Below the pieces are notes generated by a model. It searched no databases. It saw only the letters and a program-made list of their open reading frames with translations, and was not told the DNA's origin. Both the position numbers and the translations under genes were made by a program. A stretch of DNA of 64,000 nt, taken from NCBI GenBank assembly GCA_045587485.1, contig JAZNCI010000080.1:18336-82335 (forward strand), given 5' to 3'. Shown one piece after another: positions 19,941 to 28,293 of the stretch (position 1 is its first letter; each line of letters opens with the position of its first letter). The stretch comes from Clostridia bacterium (GTDB lineage Bacteria; Bacillota; Clostridia; Monoglobales; Monoglobaceae).

Positions 19941-19985
19941 GTAGGTCGCGGGTTCGAGTCCCATTACCAGCTCCAATAAGAAGCC
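19941..19985 (+). other. Orphan 3' half of a tRNA-Thr(CGU)-like gene (att-type remnant) with its own terminator at 19988-20026
   Basis: TTCGTAATGCGTAGGTCGCGGGTTCGAGTCCCATTACCAGCTCCA starts in the anticodon loop. No matching 5' acceptor strand or D-arm lies upstream. Confidence 0.75.
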
Positions 19986-20026
19986 TCAAACTTTTTGGTT
20001 TGAGGCTTCTTGTTTTCATAATTAAT

Positions 20027-20893
20027 TTACTTGAACTTATTGCACTGTTGTTTGAATTCCGTCGGAGTTATTCCCATATATTTTTTGTACAATCTGAAAA
20101 AATTAGAATAATTATGAAAGCCGACGCTGTATGCAGTTTCTTCTATCGAACTGTCGTCGTTAAGCAAGCTGTTGAATTTATAAATGCGCCTGAGAATTAT
20201 ATACTTCCGCAAGGATGTTCCGATATACTTGTGGAATTTTGCCGAGAGGTGTGTGCGGTGAACTCCAAAACGATCCGCGATCTCTTGTACGGTAATATCT
20301 TCGGTATAGTTTTTTTCGACATATCGCAGGACTTTTTCTGCAAGCGTGCTGACAGTAGCTTTTTCAGCATTCATTATCGTTGTATTTTCAAGCAGCTCCA
20401 CTATTTTACACATAGTTTCTATTATCTTGCACATTACAAGCGGTTCTTTTGTCAGAGAGTCTCCCTTTTTTATTTCAAGAATCTCATTAAACATATTATC
20501 AATGCCGTGTTTTTTCACAATGTCAGCAGGAATAATATTACCCTTCCCCTCTTCTCTTTTATAAAACATTGAAAAAGCAGGAAAGCATCCGAGGGGAAAT
20601 GAGTCAAGAGCGTTGCGGCACACATAGAAAATAATTCGTTCGTGGAAAGTGTTGTTATCTACATTATGTAGGAAAAATTCCGACGGATTGAACATTATTA
20701 CATCACCTTCATTGATTGCGTAAGATGTGCCTTCAATGTCTAACGTCCCTTTTCCTCTTTTATAAAAAATAAAAATCAAAGTCTCGTTACGATGGTATCC
20801 TTGCCCCGTTGTTTCCGCGGCATTCATACCTGTAATATGTCTCACGCCGTACAAATAAGGAGTTCTGAAATTTTTAATCACATAATCTTTCAT
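20027..20893 (-). CDS. AraC-family transcriptional regulator (N-terminal cupin sensor, C-terminal HTH)
   Basis: 288 aa. The C-terminus (IADRFGVHRTHLSAKFHKYIGTSLRKYI...GFHNYSNFFRLYKKYMGITPTEF) is a classic AraC HTH pair. It is divergent from the 925-aa gene. Confidence 0.88.
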   Translation of the reverse strand: MKDYVIKNFRTPYLYGVRHITGMNAAETTGQGYHRNETLIFIFYKRGKGTLDIEGTSYAINEGDVIMFNPSEFFLHNVDNNTFHERIIFYVCRNALDSFPLGCFPAFSMFYKREEGKGNIIPADIVKKHGIDNMFNEILEIKKGDSLTKEPLVMCKIIETMCKIVELLENTTIMNAEKATVSTLAEKVLRYVEKNYTEDITVQEIADRFGVHRTHLSAKFHKYIGTSLRKYIILRRIYKFNSLLNDDSSIEETAYSVGFHNYSNFFRLYKKYMGITPTEFKQQCNKFK

Positions 20894-21010
20894 GATTTCC
20901 CCCTCGCTTTAAATACAATTATACATATAATAGGGGCAAATGTCAATAGTATTTATAATTGCATTTTGTTATCATATATATAATAACTATTTATCAAGGA
21001 GGAATTAATA

Positions 21011-23788
21011 ATGAAGAGAATTGCAACACTTATGCTTGTTCTCTGTATGCTTTTTAGCTTCATCCCGTCAGCACTTGCTTTCTCGGATATTTCTGATGCC
21101 ACCGAAAAAGCATACATTTCTACACTTGCAGAGAAAGGAATCGTAAAAGGCTATAATGCGGATATCTTCGCACCGAATAAGCTCTGTACGAGAGAAGAGT
21201 TCATCACCTTCCTCTACCGTGCAACTGGCGAGCCTGCGGTTGAAAAGGCTGCTACATTTGCAGATGTTCCTGCTAATGCTTATTACGCTGATGCAGTTTC
21301 GTGGGCGTATGCAAACGGCATCACAAACGGTGCTGGCGACGGTAATTTTGGTGTCGGTAAGACTATCGACCGCAACCTTGCATCATTCTATCTCTACAAG
21401 TGGGCAGACTTAACCGACACTGGCTATATGACCGATAGCTGTTATCTTGCTGACTACAAGGACGGCGCAGATGTCGAGCTTTATGCAAGAACTTCTTTTG
21501 CCTGGGCTATCGGCAGCGGCGCGTTTGCTTTAAAGGGCGACAAACTCTTCCCCGCTACCGAGATCACACGCAGTTTTGCTACTTCTGCAATCGCAAGACT
21601 TCTTGAAAAGCACTACCACACATGGAGCGAATACAAAGACAACGGTGACGGCACACATACACGCGTCTGCAAAAAAGACGGAAGCCACACCGAAACAGAA
21701 GCACATACCTTCAACAACGGTGAACTTACAAGCCCCGTTTCTGAGCACTTCGACGGCACAATTACATACACCTGCACAAAGTGTATGAAGACCAAAACAG
21801 AAAAGGTCAAAAAGGGAACCGAAATCGTAACCCGCTCTGACCTTGAAGAAGCTATCACCGCTACCGCTTGGGCGTATTATTCAAAGGGCGTTAAGGTTCA
21901 GTATGACTCATGGCACTTCTCAAAAATGCACGGCTTCCTCGGCGGCATCTGCCGAATGAGCTGTCGCTCGGCTCCTGAATTTGCGACCAAGGATATGACC
22001 TTCTATTCCGTATGTAACGACTATGTATTCCAGACATATTATGAAGGTCTTAATATGTTCCCGCTCGGAAAAGTCACCAATCAGGACGGAATGAGCACAA
22101 CCGCTACCTTCCGCTACTCCGATAACCAGCGCCACACATACGATGGTGAAGAAACACTCAACGATCCCATCACAGAAGATGATGTTGATGCCGCACTCAT
22201 CCGTTGGGTCAACTACGACAAATACTCAAAGACAAAGCGCGATGGACTCTACGTAGAAAACGTTCTTGAGTCAGATAGTTTCACAGAAGCATTCCCGGGT
22301 CTTGTCTTTAAAAATGACGCTCCTGACGGTGAAAGCCACTATGGATATTACGACGAGAACGGAAACGCTTTTACTCCCGACGAAGCAAAAGAGAAGTACA
22401 TTCTCCCCTACCTCGCAGATTGCGATAAGAACTTCCGCCACGGCGATGTTGCTATGTACGGCACACACACTATGCTTTACATCGGCAACAACACTTTCCT
22501 CCATTGCACAGGCTATAAAATCAACCCATCAAAACAAGAAGATGTCCTTGAGGAGGTTGGCGCAATCCAAGTAGCTTGCGAAGCGAAGGCGGGAACCTCT
22601 ATTTCAACAAGAGTATCAAAAGCAGACAACTTTGTTGTTGCTCGTCCGCTTGACTTTGTTGCAACAGGCTTTGACAACGACCCGGGTAACGATATCGTAG
22701 CTGATGTCAAGATTCCGAAGGAAACAAAAAGCCGTATCAAGTATCCGAATATGGATATCGACAGAACTGTTGATATAACCCACTTCGGAACAGCAGTTCA
22801 GAGTGAAAATCTCACATACGAAATTGAGATTTCAAACCTCACAGATGACCAGTTATATCTTGACTGGTATGCACTTGAAAACCACGGCAACTCAGGTAAG
22901 GTTACTTACAAGGGCATCACGGTAACAGAAACCATCCCCGAGGGATGCGAGTTCGTAGAGGCAAGCAGCGGCGGAAAATTCGAGAATAACATAATCACAT
23001 GGAACCTCAGCGATATCAAGCCTGGCGAAAAGGTTTCCCTTTCTTACACCGTTAAGGTTACGGCCTCAGTCGGCGAAACAATCGTAAACAGTGGCGGTAT
23101 GGTAGCAGATATTCCGTCCAATGTTATTGAGAACACCGTCGGTAGTGCAAAGCTTTCCGATAGCGAAAAGAGCGCTCTTACAGAAATTGATAAACTCGAA
23201 GCCTTCGGCGGAGATACTGACTTTGCAGAAGGCATCTACCGCCAACTCGGAAAAACTCTCGAACTTCCGAAGACATGCGATATCATCGATAATCTCTTCA
23301 CTTATTCATCACACTTCCAGGGTGATAACAGAGAAGTCGGCGGCTTATATGCAAACAACACATCGGTAAATCTCTTTATCCGCCAGACAGAGGCATCAGA
23401 AGAATACAACACAGTAAAAAACATGCTCATCGACCGCTACTGGGGCGGTGCAAGCTTCTATGTCGGCGAAAATCTCAAATGGGATATGGCTACCAATGCA
23501 ATCAAGGAAACTCGCACAGAATTCCTTGAGGCAGGCGACATTCTTGTCTATGCAGACTTAGAAGAAGCGACAGACGGAACAGTTACCTACTCCCCCAACC
23601 ATATCGTTGTTATGGTTTATGACGGTGAGAAGCTCCTCGCTTCTGACAAATCAGCAGATAGTGTCGAGTATTCCATTTACGAAGGTGATGCTATGGACCT
23701 CCAGCTTTTGAAAGCACTTTTCAGCGAATACGGAAAAGGCGGAAAATATGAAGTCTTCTTCGCACTTCGCCCGTCACAGGTAAAGTAA
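21011..23788 (+). CDS. Secreted SLH-anchored multidomain protein (3 SLH repeats, Cys-rich HT-repeat, NlpC/P60-like papain-fold domain, DUF11-type Ig-like repeat, second P60-like module)
   Basis: It has a signal peptide ending ALA-FS and SLH motifs (FSDISD..., FADVPANAYYADAVSWA...). Candidate catalytic Cys (YSVCNDY) and His (HGDVAMYGTHTMLYIG) are present. TYEIEISN...KPGEKVSLSYTVKV resembles a DUF11 repeat. Confidence 0.75.
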   Translation: MKRIATLMLVLCMLFSFIPSALAFSDISDATEKAYISTLAEKGIVKGYNADIFAPNKLCTREEFITFLYRATGEPAVEKAATFADVPANAYYADAVSWAYANGITNGAGDGNFGVGKTIDRNLASFYLYKWADLTDTGYMTDSCYLADYKDGADVELYARTSFAWAIGSGAFALKGDKLFPATEITRSFATSAIARLLEKHYHTWSEYKDNGDGTHTRVCKKDGSHTETEAHTFNNGELTSPVSEHFDGTITYTCTKCMKTKTEKVKKGTEIVTRSDLEEAITATAWAYYSKGVKVQYDSWHFSKMHGFLGGICRMSCRSAPEFATKDMTFYSVCNDYVFQTYYEGLNMFPLGKVTNQDGMSTTATFRYSDNQRHTYDGEETLNDPITEDDVDAALIRWVNYDKYSKTKRDGLYVENVLESDSFTEAFPGLVFKNDAPDGESHYGYYDENGNAFTPDEAKEKYILPYLADCDKNFRHGDVAMYGTHTMLYIGNNTFLHCTGYKINPSKQEDVLEEVGAIQVACEAKAGTSISTRVSKADNFVVARPLDFVATGFDNDPGNDIVADVKIPKETKSRIKYPNMDIDRTVDITHFGTAVQSENLTYEIEISNLTDDQLYLDWYALENHGNSGKVTYKGITVTETIPEGCEFVEASSGGKFENNIITWNLSDIKPGEKVSLSYTVKVTASVGETIVNSGGMVADIPSNVIENTVGSAKLSDSEKSALTEIDKLEAFGGDTDFAEGIYRQLGKTLELPKTCDIIDNLFTYSSHFQGDNREVGGLYANNTSVNLFIRQTEASEEYNTVKNMLIDRYWGGASFYVGENLKWDMATNAIKETRTEFLEAGDILVYADLEEATDGTVTYSPNHIVVMVYDGEKLLASDKSADSVEYSIYEGDAMDLQLLKALFSEYGKGGKYEVFFALRPSQVK

Positions 23789-23817
23789 ACACATTAAAAA
23801 AGGTGTGCACATTGATG

Positions 23818-24236
23818 TGACCCCAAAAAGTTAGACTTTTTATAGCGTAGCAGTTGTCAAAACTACTACGCTATTTTTATGCAGCCAAAGTGTTGAGTCG
23901 ATATTGTACTGGACTCATCCACCCAAGTTTCTCTTTGATTCTTTTTTCGTTGTAATATTTTATATATCTTTCGATAGCTTCTTTAAGCTCATTAAAACTG
24001 TAATATGTAGTTCCATAATACATTTCTTGCTTTAATAATCCAAAGAAATTTTCCATTACAGAGTTATCATAACAATTACCCTTTCGGAACATACTTTGAA
24101 ATATTCTGTTTTCTTTAAGAGCAGACGAATATGCACCCATTTGATATACCCAACCTCTGTCTGAATGAAAAGTTCTCCTATAGCTGCAATCAGAGGTTAT
24201 ATCTATTGCTTGTTGTTGTGCCGATAAAATGCTCAC
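23818..24236 (-). mobile_element. IS3-family insertion sequence remnant (3' part of the orfB transposase plus terminal inverted repeat)
   Basis: The 119-aa ORF carries HSDRGWVYQ...RKGNCYDNSVMENFFGLLKQE, the IS3/IS150 DDE-domain tail. The DIT motif is directly joined to HSDRG, which indicates an internal deletion. The end sequence TGACCCCAAAAAGTTAGAC at 23818 looks like an IS3-type IR (TG...CA termini). There is no orfA and no left end. Confidence 0.7.
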
Positions 24237-24239
24237 TGC

Positions 24240-24420
24240 TGATGTAGTTTTGCTTATACCATATGTTCATACAGATTGCCATAACCCGCAGATAGCTCCA
24301 GGCAACCTCTATTGCATCACGTGCACCCTCCATTGAGCCGTCGAGGGAAATTCCGCTAAGCTGTTTTCCGAAAACAAAAACAACTGCTCCAACAATACTC
24401 GCCGCCACAACGCATTCTAT
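24240..24420 (-). pseudogene. Probable fragment of a MATE-family efflux gene
   Basis: The translated stretch AASIVGAVVFVFGKQLSGISLDGSMEGARDAIEVAWSYLRVMAI resembles an internal MATE segment. It has no plausible start or continuation. Confidence 0.35.
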
Positions 24421-24528
24421 GGGTTAATGTAAAAAACAGCAAAAAAGTGGGCAACATTGGGCAACATGGCAACAGCAGAAAAAATCACTCTAACCCCCTA
24501 TTTCAAAAGGTTAGAGTGATTCATTCTA

Positions 24529-24576
24529 GCATTCGTAATGCGCAGGTCGCAGGTTCGAGTCCCGTCACAAGCTCCA
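24529..24576 (+). other. Orphan copy of the 3' 48 nt of tRNA-Thr(CGU) (att-type remnant), followed by a terminator at 24579-24611
   Basis: Identical to 19481-19528 (anticodon stem to CCA). The upstream sequence does not form the 5' half. Confidence 0.85.
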
Positions 24577-24720
24577 GAAACACTTGGTGTATTTTGTGCC
24601 AAGTGTTTTTAATTTGCCACCGTGCCGACCATCTTGGTTAAAACACTTGCGTGTTTTTTTCTATCAGAGAAATGCTCTCGCATTTCACAATCCTGCGCTA
24701 TCGATATGCCACCGGCATAT

Positions 24721-24765
24721 CGAATTAACGCTACGGCGTCCGTTCGAGTCGGATCACAAGCTCCA
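24721..24765 (+). other. Diverged orphan tRNA 3' half (att-type remnant) at the start of direct repeat copy 2
   Basis: GTCCG-TTCGAGT-CGGAT-CACAAGC-T-CCA has a fully paired T-stem that differs from the intact gene by covarying bases. No 5' half is present. Confidence 0.6.
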
Positions 24766-24859
24766 AGGACGTTTGGTTTTTACCAGATGTCCTTTTTGAA
24801 TTTTATCATAAAACTTTAATTTTTGTCAACGGCCAGACAAAGCGTCAAAACAACTCCGA
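24742..24859 (+). repeat. 118-bp direct repeat, copy 2
   Basis: See copy 1. Its far end covers the stop codon and the last five codons (SELF*) of the minus-strand gene 24845-26614. Confidence 0.85.
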
Positions 24860-26614
24860 AACTCTGTTTAAGAATACAGCGGTTTCGGCACGGGTAGCAA
24901 AGCCTTTAGGTTTGAATTCTCCGGTTTCATATCCTGATAAAAGTCCATTTTCAACCATTGCAGACACAGCGGTGACTGCATATTCGGAGATGCTTTGAGC
25001 ATCGTTGAACTTTGCGGATACATTTATGTTTTCATCAATGTTCAAGATACCTTCTTTTTCAAGAATACGATATACCATAACTGCCATATCTTCACGGGTT
25101 ATATTTCCTGTTGGGTCAAATGTTTGGCCGTCACGTCCGGAGGTTATTCCAAGGACTTTAGCAATACCTATTTCTTCGTAATAGTATCTATCAGGGGTTA
25201 CGTCAGTGAAATTTTCGACAAACTCTGCCTTTTTGCCAAGAAGACGAACAAGCATCAGTGTAAAATCTGCACGGTTTACCTGTCTTTCGCAGCCAAAGGT
25301 TCCGTCGCCCATACCTTTGACAATTCCTTTGTTGTGGAGAGCGGTTATGGCGTCAATTGCCCAGGGATATGCAGAAATATCTGTAAAGAGAGGTTGTTTT
25401 CCTGTGTTTGTATATATAGCAAAATCCTGAAGGAGCGGGGTGTGAAGAATGCTTCCCAATCGGTAGTGTGAATAGCCTGTGCAGCCTTCCAGCTTTTTAA
25501 GAAAATCTGTCTGGTGGGTGAGTTCGGCAATGCCGTTTTGTGAATACCATACCGATGCAGCACCGGTTTCTTCAGCCACCTTGTATGCCGCTTGACCGAT
25601 GCAAAGAGAAACCTCGGTGCCCTTAACGGTGTCGGCCCACCATTTTGCAACTGTTTCAAAGTCAGCAGCAGAGTGTCCTGTGTTCCAGTATACTTGAGGA
25701 ATTATCCAATCAACAAGATTTTCTTTTACCCAAAGTCGGGTGTCAGCATAGTAGTCATAATATGCCTGAATACCGTTTGTAGCACTGCCGTCGGGGTGTG
25801 AGCCTTTGTTAGCCCATATTCCGCATGGGCTGACGGAAAAGACCATATCGGGCTTTTCGGCTTTTATGGCTGTGTTTATACGTTTTATAAGTCCGGTAGT
25901 ATTGCTTCTGCGCCATTCTCCAATATCATTAAATTCTCCGCCGTATGTGGTAAAGGTTTCGGCATCAGGAAAGGAACTGTCCGGGTAAAAATAGTCGTCA
26001 ATGTGTATTCCGTCAATATCATAATTTTTTATAAGCTCAAGGATGCCGTCAACAACCAATCTGTTAGAATCCGGCTCACCCGGGTTCAGATACAGCTTGC
26101 CGTTGGTATGAGTTACGGCAAGATGGGGATACTTTTTTGAAATTGCATTTGGGGGGAGTGTCTCTGCATCACCAACAGAGGATGTGAGTCGGTAAGGGTT
26201 AATCCAGGCATGCAGAGCAATGCCTCGCTTGTGTGCTTCGCGGGTTAAATATTCCAAAGGGTCAAAGTTATCTGAAGGAGCAACTCCTGCTGTGCCGGTG
26301 AGATATTTAGACCAGGGGAAAATTTCAGATTTATATAGGGCGTCGCCCGTAGGACGCACCTGAAAAAATAGAGTGTTATACCCTAGTTTTTGAACATTGT
26401 TCAATAAAGCATCTGCGCTCTGACGTAAGGCATCGGCGGATGTGGTTGGCTTTGAGGGATAGTCCATAGAATATAAAGTTGCTGCCCAAACCCCGTGAAT
26501 TTCCTCGTTATTTGCAACGACATTGTTGTCACGGGGAGGAAAAATAGAGTTAAGGACACAGAAAAGCCCTGTCAGCACACACAACGCTTTAAAGGTTCTT
26601 GATATTTTTGACAT
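24845..26614 (-). CDS. Secreted glycoside-hydrolase-like family 10 (YngK-type) protein with three C-terminal SLH repeats
   Basis: I place the start at ATG 26614 (MSKISRTFKALCVLTGLFCVL signal peptide, AAGGAG upstream). The track's longer ORF runs to 26734 and overlaps sodC. The core HGVWAATLYSMDYP...LFFQVRP matches the GHL10 family. Confidence 0.8.
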   Translation of the reverse strand: MSKISRTFKALCVLTGLFCVLNSIFPPRDNNVVANNEEIHGVWAATLYSMDYPSKPTTSADALRQSADALLNNVQKLGYNTLFFQVRPTGDALYKSEIFPWSKYLTGTAGVAPSDNFDPLEYLTREAHKRGIALHAWINPYRLTSSVGDAETLPPNAISKKYPHLAVTHTNGKLYLNPGEPDSNRLVVDGILELIKNYDIDGIHIDDYFYPDSSFPDAETFTTYGGEFNDIGEWRRSNTTGLIKRINTAIKAEKPDMVFSVSPCGIWANKGSHPDGSATNGIQAYYDYYADTRLWVKENLVDWIIPQVYWNTGHSAADFETVAKWWADTVKGTEVSLCIGQAAYKVAEETGAASVWYSQNGIAELTHQTDFLKKLEGCTGYSHYRLGSILHTPLLQDFAIYTNTGKQPLFTDISAYPWAIDAITALHNKGIVKGMGDGTFGCERQVNRADFTLMLVRLLGKKAEFVENFTDVTPDRYYYEEIGIAKVLGITSGRDGQTFDPTGNITREDMAVMVYRILEKEGILNIDENINVSAKFNDAQSISEYAVTAVSAMVENGLLSGYETGEFKPKGFATRAETAVFLNRVSELF

Positions 26615-26712
26615 TGCAATGAAGCTCCTTTCCTTTTTCACGAAATAATTTTTTTGACATATTATATATTGCAGAATACCAAACTCAGCACAAGAGGAAG
26701 GAGTGTAACAGT

Positions 26713-27192
26713 ATGCTTGAGGTATATGATGCAATAGCTCAGATTCACGGCAGCGACCTTGCGCCTGATGTGCACGGAACGGTTAAATTTCTGGGGATTG
26801 CCGACGGAAGCTGGGTCGAAGCTGAGATTTTCGGTTTACCTGATTTTAAAGAGGCAATGAGCAACATGCCGCAAATTGGTCCATTTGGATTTCATATTCA
26901 CGATAGTGATACATGCGGAAGTATTCACACAGACACACCGTTTGAAGCGGCGGGTGGGCATTGGAATCCCGATGGCGAGCCTCACGGAAATCATGCCGGA
27001 GACTTTCCGGTATTATTTTCAAATGGAGGAACAGCCAAAATGTTGTTTTTTACCAACAGATTTTTTCCGCAAGATATTGTAGGGAGGTCGGTAGTAATTC
27101 ACCAATCGCCCGATGATTATGTAACTCAGCCCTCGGGCAGTGGGGGCAAGCGTATTGCCTGTGGTAGTATAGTTGCAGTAAAACCAACATAA
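26713..27192 (+). CDS. sodC: Cu/Zn superoxide dismutase family protein without a signal peptide
   Basis: FHIHDSDTCG, GGHWNPDGEPHGNHAGDFP and VVIHQSPDD carry the SodC metal ligands. The N-terminus is hydrophilic. Confidence 0.85.
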   Translation: MLEVYDAIAQIHGSDLAPDVHGTVKFLGIADGSWVEAEIFGLPDFKEAMSNMPQIGPFGFHIHDSDTCGSIHTDTPFEAAGGHWNPDGEPHGNHAGDFPVLFSNGGTAKMLFFTNRFFPQDIVGRSVVIHQSPDDYVTQPSGSGGKRIACGSIVAVKPT

Positions 27193-27221
27193 AAGGAAGA
27201 AACGATTAGTTTCTTCCTTTA
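27193..27221. terminator. Bidirectional terminator between sodC (+) and holA (-)
   Basis: AAAGGAAGAAAC-GATTA-GTTTCTTCCTTT. Confidence 0.7.
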
Positions 27222-27269
27222 TTGTATAAAATATTTTAAAGACGGTCAAGCGGAAAATGTCGGTTTAAG

Positions 27270-28280
27270 TTATTTCTTTAACAGTTCTGCCACATACATC
27301 TCAACTGCAATCCATTTATCCATCGTGCCTGAACGCACAGCAAAGATGTATTCACAACCTTTAAGAGACATTTTTTTCAAATACTCGGTTGAAAAACGAC
27401 GTGACTGCTCGGTAATTTTTTTAATGACAAAAGGGTGCTTACGAGGCTCAAAATACTCAGCAATGCTGTTAGAGGACATTCTGTCTTCAGCAAGTTGTTT
27501 AACCATAAGAAGCTCGCTTATGCGTGAAGAAATCAGTGAGAGCACAGTGGAGGAGTTTTCTCCGGCAAAACGTAGAGCGCTCAGCTCTTCAAAAACCGTT
27601 TTAGACTTGCCTTCGGCAATGTTATCGATAATATCAAAAATTCGTGCATCTGTGGTTTTGAATACTACAGCAGAGATATCTTGGGCGGTAATTCTTTCTC
27701 GGTCACCAACAAAGTTCAGCAGCTTGCAGAACTCCGCATATGCTGCCGACATTGACTGCCCGCAAAGAGCAACCATTTTTGCAAGGTCTGACGCCAGAAT
27801 GGTTTTACCTTTATCATCAAACATTTTTTCAAGCCATAGCTCAAGCTGTTTGGGGGATAAAAGGTCAAACTTTACGATTTCGCCGTGTTTTTTAAACACA
27901 TCAAGGTTTTTTTCTTTCTTTTTGTCAAACTCCCGTTCTGTAAAAATAACAGTCATATAATCAGGAATATCAGAAAGGCTTTCGCATAATGCGGAGAAAT
28001 CTTTTGACTTTGCGTTGCCAAATATACCACAGTTTGAAACAACAAGAAGTCTTCTGTCTGACATAATGGGCACAGACAGAAGTTGATTTTCGATGACCGC
28101 AGCTGTAATTTTCTTTCCATCCAGCTTGGCATAGTTAAATTCCTCAAAGTCTGTGTCAATAAGGTGCTTTTTAATAGTCTTTATTTTGTTTTCAAGAAGA
28201 AATTCTTCTTCTCCGTAAAAAAAGTAAAGATTGGCAATTTTACCGGAAGAAATTTGTTTATCAAGGTCTTTGGGTTCCAT
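27270..28280 (-). CDS. holA: DNA polymerase III delta subunit
   Basis: 336 aa. The N-terminus (LYFFYGEEEFL) is typical of HolA. The comEC-holA synteny matches Bacillus. Confidence 0.88.
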   Translation of the reverse strand: MEPKDLDKQISSGKIANLYFFYGEEEFLLENKIKTIKKHLIDTDFEEFNYAKLDGKKITAAVIENQLLSVPIMSDRRLLVVSNCGIFGNAKSKDFSALCESLSDIPDYMTVIFTEREFDKKKEKNLDVFKKHGEIVKFDLLSPKQLELWLEKMFDDKGKTILASDLAKMVALCGQSMSAAYAEFCKLLNFVGDRERITAQDISAVVFKTTDARIFDIIDNIAEGKSKTVFEELSALRFAGENSSTVLSLISSRISELLMVKQLAEDRMSSNSIAEYFEPRKHPFVIKKITEQSRRFSTEYLKKMSLKGCEYIFAVRSGTMDKWIAVEMYVAELLKK

Positions 28281-28293
28281 AGCTTAGGCTCCT

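Noticed and set aside
19850-20572. 240-aa plus-strand ORF
   Set aside because: It starts in the att-type remnant and runs antisense through the AraC gene. It has no motifs.
26615-26734. 40-codon extension of the GHL10-SLH ORF, overlapping the sodC start
   Set aside because: The internal ATG at 26614 has an AAGGAG RBS and starts a proper signal peptide. The extension has neither.
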